Assembly: GCA_964452145.1 (NCBI GenBank)
Contig: CAYVLA010000076.1
Location: forward strand, 1-15,216
DNA: 15,216 nt
Origin: Candidatus Hadarchaeota archaeon
GTDB lineage: Archaea; CAYQAE01; CAYVLA01
Reading direction: 5' to 3'
In this document: piece after piece, positions 8,789-15,216 of the stretch
Position numbering within the stretch: the first letter of the stretch is position 1
Layout: each line of letters opens with the position of its first letter
Made by a program: the position numbers and the translations under genes
Notes under the pieces: model-generated
The model's database searches: none
Seen by the model: the letters and a program-made list of their open reading frames with translations, nothing else
What the model was told of the DNA's origin: nothing

Positions 8789-8880
8789 GCCTCCTGCTCA
8801 GTCCCGGATTCGGGAAGGATGTGGAGAAGCTCTCCACCGCAGACCGCACAGGAATCAGGGATGCACTGACGAGAATGGGC
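8785..8880 (+). pseudogene. N-terminal fragment of a RelE/ParE-family toxin
   Basis: MSLLLSPGFGKDVEKLSTADRTGIRDALTRM fits the RelE beta1-alpha1-alpha2 pattern (F.K..kkL....rI..al..l). The C-terminal R-x-R-x-G-x-Y-R region is absent. Confidence 0.5.
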
Positions 8881-9621
8881 TGTGGGAGGGCACCTGGCGG
8901 TGGGCCTCTTCTTCTTGCACGTTCTCAGATACCTCCTCTCAGAAGATGGAAAGAAGCGCCGGGGGGAATAAGGCATGATTAGAGTTAGAGAAAAAGGTGC
9001 CGGAGCCGACATACACAAAGACAGCTTCAACGCTGCCATAGTCAGCTTCAGACTGAGAAGAGTCATCGCCGAGACAAAGCTGCCCAACAATATCCAGGGA
9101 GCACAACAACTACTACTCTTCCTACACAGACACCAATGCCCCGAGATAGCCATGGAGTCAACCGGACCCTACTAGATGAGCATCTACGACTACCTAACCC
9201 AACACGGAGTCAAGGTCCTACTAGCCAACCCAGCCAACCTGAAAGCCATGGTGGGCAAGAAGACCGACCGTGTTGATGCCATGGTGCTGGCCTACCTACA
9301 CCTGGCAGGCCTTGTCACGCCCAGCTACATCCCGGACAAGACCTACAGACAGCTCAGAAACCTGACCAGAACAAGGGAGAAGCTGGTCACCATGAAGACC
9401 GCGGTCAAGAACGCTACCACAAGCCAGATTCACACCTTCAGCGCAGAGATCACGAACGTATTTGCAGACACCTTCGGCAAATCCGGCATGAAGATGCTGA
9501 GAGAAGATGGAGGTCTTAGAGGTGATGCCTCAAGAGTTAAGAGCTGCCTGTGCATAGATAGATGACAGGCAGCAAATAACGGAAACAGGCCGAGCACCAG
9601 TCTTTCATAGGAGAAGACGGA
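8880..9621 (+). mobile_element. Internally deleted IS110 element remnant (boundaries approximate)
   Basis: Transposase remnant plus non-coding flanks. The left edge is inferred from where the RelE-like similarity stops and the right edge from the end of the A-rich composition. Confidence 0.5.
8975..9565 (+). pseudogene. IS110-family transposase/recombinase pseudogene (DEDD domain only, internal stop)
   Basis: GADIHKD, AMESTGPY*, LANP and KKTDRVDA give all four DEDD residues; LRNLTRTR coiled coil follows. In-frame TAG at 9173-9175 replaces the conserved Trp. The C-terminal Tnp domain is missing and the A/C-rich composition differs from the host. Confidence 0.9.
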
Positions 9622-9966
9622 ACCTAGCCAGTTGCACCGAAGGTGCTTTTCTTGCCCCTCCCCTTCTCAGGCGCACCAAAACCCCACACTCCTGTACGTT
9701 AATCCACATCCTGGCTGCAGGCTTGGCGTGCAGATACGTGGATACGTGGTGGGAGAACATCTATATCTAGAGCGAACCCACAGAGTTGAAGGGGGGCTCG
9801 GATGCCGGAAACGCATCAGAGCCGGGACGCGCCGTCCGCAGAGTCGGAGAAGCCCGAGATACTCCCTTCTCATCGTTGCCGAGGATGAACCTGTTGTGTG
9901 GGCGGTTGCATGAAGCATGAAGCCAGTAAGTATTCTCCCGACAGTCGGGATGAGTGAGGCCTACGA

Positions 9967-10167
9967 ATGAAAACGAGACGCATTGCCCAAGCAGTTCCGA
10001 AGGCACTGGAGGTACCGGCCAAGTTGCCCGCCAGACGGGACTTTGCCACGGAGGCAGATGCTCGAGCCGCGATGGAGCCCGGTTGGTCCTACGGGTCAGA
10101 CAACCCGATCCACATGAATGGCAAAGAGGTCTTCGCCATCTATAGAAAGGTCGACACGGTATCATAA
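9967..10167 (+). CDS. Small hypothetical protein
   Basis: 66-aa ORF with plausible composition and GAGTGAGG upstream; no recognisable family. Confidence 0.35.
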   Translation: MKTRRIAQAVPKALEVPAKLPARRDFATEADARAAMEPGWSYGSDNPIHMNGKEVFAIYRKVDTVS

Positions 10168-10555
10168 GTCCTGCGCTCTGGCAGGGAGCCGGATCCAAGG
10201 ACGTTTCGGCGAACCTGCGAGATGAACCAATCCGCGGAGGAGAGCGTGGACCGTCCCGAGAAGCTCCACACGTTGACCGCTGCAGCCGTCGACAGATCGG
10301 ACCGATGCGGCAATGCTCAGAGTCCGGAAAACCCGAATCATGGCAATCGTCATGCCATCTTGGCATAGTCGCTGAAGCCCGAGGCGATATCCGCTGCCGT
10401 TTCGTCCGGGCAATGGGCGGCGATATGCCCAGGTGGGACAGGATTGTCGGGACATCGTGGTTGTGGATCAGTGAATCAACCCCTTTGCCGGCCCCCCTCG
10501 CGGAGTGTTACCTTACCTTATAGTCGGATATCTATGAACTCTGGGTGCAACTCGG

Positions 10556-10753
10556 TCAGTCGTCGTCCATGGCCAGGTATTTCTTGTCTTCTGGCGGCAA
10601 CAGGTCCAGCCTTGCCAGTTCTCTGAGAACGGCCCTTCTGACCAGAACGCTCGTGCTTTCCCCCCGCTTCTCGGCAGCTACCCTGGCAAGTTCGAGGACT
10701 TGTCTGGACATCCTTATCGTGACGTTGGTCTTGTTATCAGAGGTGTCTGGCAT
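10556..10753 (-). CDS. Ribbon-helix-helix (CopG-like) transcriptional regulator
   Basis: beta-strand TNVTIRM, helix A (RQVLELARVAAEKRG), turn EST(S), helix B (SVLVRRAVLRELARL). Confidence 0.85.
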   Translation of the reverse strand: MPDTSDNKTNVTIRMSRQVLELARVAAEKRGESTSVLVRRAVLRELARLDLLPPEDKKYLAMDDD

Positions 10754-10773
10754 TTCGTCGCGCCCAGTATTTC

Positions 10774-10826
10774 AGTGCAGTGCATAAACTGTAGCTTAGA
10801 GTGCATTTAAATACTACGCAATGCAA
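10774..10826. promoter_or_regulatory. Divergent promoter region with TATA box and TGCA-core repeats
   Basis: TTTAAATA at 10806-10813. AGTGCA at 10774, 10779 and 10800, and AATGCA at 10820. Confidence 0.55.
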
Positions 10827-10853
10827 CATGACTGCGTTGGGGGTTTACCTTCG

Positions 10854-11045
10854 ATGATGTCAATTGTGAGCAAGAACGGACTTAACAAGACTCTCAGAGA
10901 GCTGCTGAAAAGGGGCAAGGTAGAATGGCTATCGATCCGGGATGGGGGCGAAACGGACCTGATAGTTGTCGGCATACGCATGGCCTCAGAGAGTGTACCC
11001 CAAGGGATGAGTCCTGGCACGTCCGTGGATTTGCCCAGCCGTTAG
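10854..11045 (+). CDS. Small hypothetical protein upstream of TFB
   Basis: MMSIVSKNGLNKTLRELLKRGKVEWLSIRDGGETDLIVVGIRM: amphipathic helix plus beta-hairpin, downstream of the TATA box. Start uncertain (10821, 10854 or 10857). Confidence 0.5.
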   Translation: MMSIVSKNGLNKTLRELLKRGKVEWLSIRDGGETDLIVVGIRMASESVPQGMSPGTSVDLPSR

Positions 11046-11133
11046 ATTGTACGCGATGGGAGCGAACGTCCGTTTCAATGAAGCGTACGTGGGTTCGAGT
11101 CTGATGGAAAGGGATGGTCTGGTGAGGCTAGGA

Positions 11134-12090
11134 ATGGCGATCGAAGAGAAGATAAGCGAGCAGATCGAGGAGGACCAGTGCGCCGAGTGCGGGTCTCTCA
11201 GACACTTCCGTGACTACAAGCGGGCCGAAGTCATTTGCTCTGACTGCGGGCTGGTGATGGAGGACAGGATGATCGACCCCGGACCTGATTGGGTAGGATC
11301 CAACAACGACCAGAGAATGGCCCGGGAGCACACCGGACCTCCAACGACGTATACCATCCACGACAGGGGTCTGTCCGTGATCATCGATCCCCGCGACTAC
11401 GATGCGGGAGGCTCGCCGCTTAAGCCCCAGACCAAGGCTCAGATGGATAGGTTGAGGAAGTGGGATAGGCGTGCCAGGATATCCGGTTCCGTTGAGAGGA
11501 ATCTGTCCTATGCTCTGTCGGAACTGGACCGAGTTGCTGGTCAGTTGCATCTCCCCCGGAACGTCCGGGAGGCGGCCTCACTGATCTACAGGAGGACGGT
11601 TGAGAATGGTTTGACGCGGGGAAGATCCATGGAATCATCTGCAGCGTCAGCGATCTACATTTCGTGCAGACAGTTCGGCATACCTAGAACGCTTGAGGAG
11701 ATGACGGAGGTAACCAGATACAGCAAGAAGGAAATTGGGAAGAGCTACCGTGTGATCGCCAGGGACCTGGGCATACATCTGCCGCCCGTAAGTGCGATGG
11801 ACTATATTCCCCGCTTCACCAGCCTGTTGGGCCTTCCGGGAACGGTGGGGACGAAGGCGGTTGAGATACTCAGGAAGGTAATCAATGATGGGATGGGTTC
11901 GGGGAAGGGTCCGGCCGGCATCGCGGCAGCAGCGATCTACGCGGCCTGCGTTCTTGGGGATGCCAGCCGCACTCAGAAGGACATTTCCCAGATCACTGGC
12001 GTTACGGAAGTGACCGTGCGCAGCAGGTACAAGGACATCGCTGAGTACCTTAATCGTGATGCAGAGCCTGAAGTTGCTTCGGTAGAATAG
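11134..12090 (+). CDS. tfb: Transcription initiation factor B (TFB), divergent paralogue
   Basis: Zn ribbon CAECGS...CSDCGLV, B-linker HDRGLS...RLRKW, cyclin repeats ERNL..AL.EL.R / RGRS / GKGPAGIAAAAIY, and HTH TQ...GVTEVTVR.RYK. GGTGAGG RBS before ATG 11134 (alternative start 11104). Confidence 0.97.
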   Translation: MAIEEKISEQIEEDQCAECGSLRHFRDYKRAEVICSDCGLVMEDRMIDPGPDWVGSNNDQRMAREHTGPPTTYTIHDRGLSVIIDPRDYDAGGSPLKPQTKAQMDRLRKWDRRARISGSVERNLSYALSELDRVAGQLHLPRNVREAASLIYRRTVENGLTRGRSMESSAASAIYISCRQFGIPRTLEEMTEVTRYSKKEIGKSYRVIARDLGIHLPPVSAMDYIPRFTSLLGLPGTVGTKAVEILRKVINDGMGSGKGPAGIAAAAIYAACVLGDASRTQKDISQITGVTEVTVRSRYKDIAEYLNRDAEPEVASVE

Positions 12091-12320
12091 CGATGGATCG
12101 CGAGTCAGGAACGAGGAGAGGCCCAGGAACTCGTATATGTCCCCATTTCCTGAGGGACGCCGATGGGCAGTCTTTGGGCATGCTTCGGGCAACTTCGCGA
12201 GATGTTGATGGTTGATGGGATACAGACTTAAGCGGCCAGTTCAATCCCATGTCACCAGGGATTCCTTGGGAAGTGCATCGACGAAGGAACGAACAGACAA
12301 CGGAAGACGGAGGAGGAAAC

Positions 12321-12593
12321 ATGGATAGGAACTCGGTGTTCATCGGCAGCAAGCCCTTGATGAACTATGTACTGGCGATCGTGACGCAGTTCAATACGAC
12401 AGACACCAGCGAGGTTGTGGTGAAGGCGAGGGGACGAGCCATTAGCACGGCCGTCGACGTCGTCGAAGTGACGAGGAACCGTTTCCTGCCACACATAACG
12501 TACAAGGATATCAGGCTTGGAACCGAGACTGTCAAGAGAGAAGATGGCAGCGAGCTTAGGATTTCGTCCATTGAGATCGTGCTAGTGTGCTGA
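12321..12593 (+). CDS. albA: DNA/RNA-binding chromatin protein Alba
   Basis: VFIGSKPLMNYVLA...VVKARGRAISTAVDVVEV.RNRFL...GTE...ISSIEIVL; GGAGGAGG RBS before ATG 12321. The last codons are supplied by the IS630 end. Confidence 0.97.
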   Translation: MDRNSVFIGSKPLMNYVLAIVTQFNTTDTSEVVVKARGRAISTAVDVVEVTRNRFLPHITYKDIRLGTETVKREDGSELRISSIEIVLVC

Positions 12594-13661
12594 CGCTGAC
12601 AGTTGTCGGTTTATTGCGACTTTTCTGAGGATGTCGTCTGCCTTGGCCATCCAGACGAAGGGGCGATGACCCTCGTGATAGACTGCCAGGAACTCTTTGA
12701 TGGCCTTGATCAGTTCCGGTACGTTGTGGAAGGTTCCCCGCCGAATACGCTTCTGGGTGAGCTCAGAGAACCATCTCTCCACCATGTTCATCCAGGAGGA
12801 CCCGGTTGGTACGAAGTGAACATGGAAGCGGGGGTGACGCTTGAACCATCCCTGAACCCGTTCATGCTTGTGGACGCTGAGGTTATCCAGGATCAGGTGG
12901 ACATCCAGCTCGGGCGGGACGCGCTCATCCAAGGTGCGGAGGAAGACCAGGAACTCCTGGTGGCGGTGGCGGCGGTGGAACTCGGTTATCACTGTTCCGG
13001 TCAAGGTGTCCAGGGCAGCGAAGAGGTCGATGGTGCCGTTGCGACGATGATCATAGCTCCGGCCCTCCGGTAGCCCTGGCCGGATGGGCAGGATGGTCTG
13101 GGTCCGGTCCAGTGCCTGTATCTGGGTCTTCTCATCCACAGAGAGAACCGCGGCCTTCTCGGGCGGGTTCAATTAGAGGCCTACCACGTCCCGGACCTTC
13201 TCGGCGAAGCGGGGGCCCCGGCTCAGCTTGAACCTGCGGACCAGGTGGGGTCTGAGTCGGTGATCGACCCAGACCCGGCGGACAGTCTCCCGGCTAACGC
13301 CCACTGCCTTGGCCATGGTCCGGGTCGACCAGTGGGTCGCTCCCCGTGGTTTCTCGTTCAGGGTCTTCCGGAGGATGGTGTCCACTAGCTCCTGGGGTAT
13401 CCGGGGCGTGCGGCCGGGGCGAGGAGCATCCTTCTTGATTCCGTCCAGGCGGAGGGCGTGGAATCGGCGGCGCCACAGGGAGACGGTGTCCGGATGGGTG
13501 TTGAGGGCCTGGGCGATGTCCTGGTTCTGCATGCCGTCGGCTGCCTTGAGGATGATCCTGGACCTCAGGACGAGGCGGTGGGGTGTGGATCGTCCATCCG
13601 ACCACCTAGTCAACTCTTCACGCTCTTCCGCGGACAGAGCAATGGCGGGTGCAACACGCAT
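12582..13661 (-). pseudogene. IS630 transposase with a single in-frame TAA
   Basis: HTH N-terminus (PRPGR, ATHWSTR) and DDE core (VDEK, ILDN, WMNMVERWF) lie in one frame. VVGL*LNPP has TAA at 13173-13175 where the family has Tyr (VGLYLNPP). Confidence 0.92.
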
Positions 13662-13683
13662 GCAACCCTACACACAGCCCAAG

Positions 13684-13691
13684 TATATAAA
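13684..13691 (-). promoter_or_regulatory. TATA box of the IS630 transposase (leaderless transcript)
   Basis: TTTATATA on the minus strand, ending 23 bp upstream of ATG 13661. Confidence 0.65.
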
Positions 13692-14321
13692 CATATATAT
13701 TTAAGGGTCAGGACACTAGCGTGCTGACACACAAATCCGTAGGTTTGCGCGTCTAGGGAGCCATACCGGGGTCTAGGTGCTTCTCAGCCCCCCCCCGAAG
13801 AGCATCCGTCCTGAAGCGTTCCGGAGCGTGCGGGCCCTGCCGGAGGTCGCGATAGACCGGCAACTGTCAGTGTCACCACACTAGGCCTCCCAGAACCCGA
13901 GAAGCCAAAGGCAGCGGCCGAGAAGAGACAGGAAGAAGAACAGAAGAAAGATAAGGCAGCGGAGAAGTAGTCGCTTCGAAGTCACGAGAGCCGGCTCCCT
14001 CCAAAAGCATAGGGTTCTTGAGGTCAGTCTTCTTGTCCAGATGCCAGATTGTTGAAGGACATCCCGGAAGCTTCTATGCCCGGGGCTGGGGGTTTGGGGT
14101 GAGAAAAAAGTGGGGTCCGATCCTTGCCCCCCCGGGGAGCGCGTTTCGGACCTCTGCGTTGTAGCGTTTGTTGGATCATGCAAGGGATATGAAGGTCGAG
14201 GTCGCCGTACCAGTCTGCGGACGGCAATCCGGCCATATCACACATCCCGTAAAGAGAAACGAAAGCAAGGCCCTTGGGTCTGTGATTTCCTTCCCCTGTT
14301 CTGTGATCCACTATTATGGCT

Positions 14322-14513
14322 CTAGTATCTCCTAGCTGGCCTGTGCTTCCTGTAGCAGTCCTGGCAGTAGACAGGGCGTCCCTCGGTGGGCTTGAAAGGA
14401 ACTTCGCATTCCTCCCCACAGTCAGAGCAGGTGACCTTGGTCATCTCTCTGGGAACTCTGCCGAAGCTGCTGAAACTGCCTCGGTTTTCCGAACTCAACG
14501 TTCTATTCTCCAT
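14322..14513 (-). CDS. CxxC-x17-CxxC domain small zinc-binding protein
   Basis: PREMTKVTCSDCGEECEVPFKPTEGRPVYCQDCY is the canonical family signature. Confidence 0.95.
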   Translation of the reverse strand: MENRTLSSENRGSFSSFGRVPREMTKVTCSDCGEECEVPFKPTEGRPVYCQDCYRKHRPARRY

Positions 14514-14574
14514 GGAGGGACTACACGGTGCAGATAGCAGAGGTAAGCCCCCCGGGAACGTGGGATCGACGCTG

Positions 14575-14582
14575 CTTATAAA
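14575..14582 (-). promoter_or_regulatory. TATA box for the CxxC-x17-CxxC gene
   Basis: TTTATAAG on the minus strand about 60 bp upstream of ATG 14513. Confidence 0.55.
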
Positions 14583-14701
14583 TGAATCCAGCTCACATCA
14601 CATCCAGCTCGACCGGGATCACTCGGGAGGAACAACACATGGGCGGTGAAGGCACTCGTCCCTGAACTCACAGACAGGACAGGCAGGCTTCCTCTGCTTG
14701 T

Positions 14702-15216
14702 TCATCCTGCACTGTCTGTTGGGGCTCTCTGGGCGGAGATCAGCCCTGCTTCTCTCAGACTCTCCAGCAACCCTTCTACAAGCAGCCTTGCCTGCGATTC
14801 TTCGCGGACACCCGCCACAACCAGCTTACCGTTCCCGAAGACCAGGATCGAGGGCCTGGAATCGTGGGGCCAATCGTAGGGCCGATAGACCAGCCCTGGG
14901 AACCGCTCCGGTTCGTACTCCACATTGTCAACGTTCAACGCGATCTCGTCAAGGCTGAGCGCAAGGCCCAGGTCAACCGTGGAAACCATGTTGGTCACCC
15001 TGATCTCTGGGTCCTTGCGTATCTTCATCTTGAGGCGACGGAGCCGATCCACCAGCTTCCTGACACCCTCCTGGACCGTGGTGATGTTGTTGGCCCCGGT
15101 ACAGTTCATCTTCCCATTGCTGAAGATGAGGAAAGACATCTTGGGCTCTTTGAGCTTGACGATGAGGGCAGGGAATCTCTCACGACGGTAGCTGCCCGGC
15201 AAGGCCAGTGCCAGTC
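14702..15216 (-). CDS. tbp: TATA-binding protein (TBP), divergent paralogue, 5'-truncated by the window edge
   Basis: Two TBP repeats: Y...RFPALI.KL.EPK..FLIFSNGKM.CTGA and NMVST.DL...L.LD.IA.....EYEPERFPGLVYR...LVFGNGKLVVAG. The frame stays open upstream of 15202 (LALALPG) to the edge. Confidence 0.93.
   Translation of the reverse strand, partial: LALALPGSYRRERFPALIVKLKEPKMSFLIFSNGKMNCTGANNITTVQEGVRKLVDRLRRLKMKIRKDPEIRVTNMVSTVDLGLALSLDEIALNVDNVEYEPERFPGLVYRPYDWPHDSRPSILVFGNGKLVVAGVREESQARLLVEGLLESLREAGLISAQRAPTDSAG

Larger units (their letters stand above)
12582..13719 (-). mobile_element. IS630-family insertion sequence, full length, flanked by CTAG
   Basis: Imperfect terminal inverted repeats CTAGTGTGCTGACGCT (from 12582) and, on the reverse strand, CTAGTGTCCTGACCCT (from 13719). 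CTAG at 12582-12585 and 13716-13719; the transposase stop lies within the terminal CTAG. Confidence 0.92.

Noticed and set aside
9632..10523. ORFs 9632..9913+, 9767..10366-, 10162..10455- and 10305..10523+
   Set aside because: Arg/Pro/Cys-rich non-coding-like composition, no RBS and no motifs; likely degenerate intergenic sequence.
9173..13175. In-frame stops in both transposases as evidence of stop-codon recoding (pyrrolysine or readthrough)
   Set aside because: The two stops differ: TAG replaces a conserved Trp (TGG) and TAA replaces a conserved Tyr (TAY). Each is one substitution from the expected codon, and TAG terminates many ordinary genes here. Simple nonsense mutation (or sequencing error) is more parsimonious.
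13170..13180. Programmed frameshift between the two IS630 ORFs
   Set aside because: Both ORFs are in the same frame, separated only by a stop, and there is no slippery A-run at the junction.
14240..14270. Hammerhead ribozyme suggested by GAAAC/CGAAAG in the structured region
   Set aside because: The required CUGAUGA core is absent nearby.
1..15216. CRISPR array, rRNA or integrase/att-defined provirus
   Set aside because: No regularly spaced repeats, rRNA-like sequence, integrase or virion genes were seen in this window.

Overview
Archaeal genomic DNA, GC-rich, with archaeal TATA boxes, GGAGG/GGTGA ribosome-binding sites and TFB, TBP and Alba genes. The left half (1-8.7 kb) holds mostly accessory or uncharacterised genes: the 3' part of an iron-sulfur flavoprotein, a secreted Asp-box (BNR) beta-propeller protein, several membrane proteins, a small Lys-rich winged-helix protein, a CPxCG zinc-finger miniprotein, a membrane-tethered wHTH regulator, YbjQ and a probably truncated secreted protein. 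A decayed zone (8.7-10.5 kb) contains a RelBE-like toxin-antitoxin remnant and an IS110 transposase pseudogene. The right part (10.5-15.2 kb) is a compact cluster of transcription and chromatin genes: a ribbon-helix-helix regulator, a TFB with a degenerate B-reader, Alba, a CxxC-x17-CxxC zinc protein and a divergent TBP. A full-length IS630 element carrying a nonsense mutation sits in the last codons of alba, at a site that mimics its own terminal repeat, so Alba is left essentially intact. The best candidate for an undescribed system is the divergent TFB/TBP/Alba/RHH module. All family calls come from motif recognition by eye; no database search was run.
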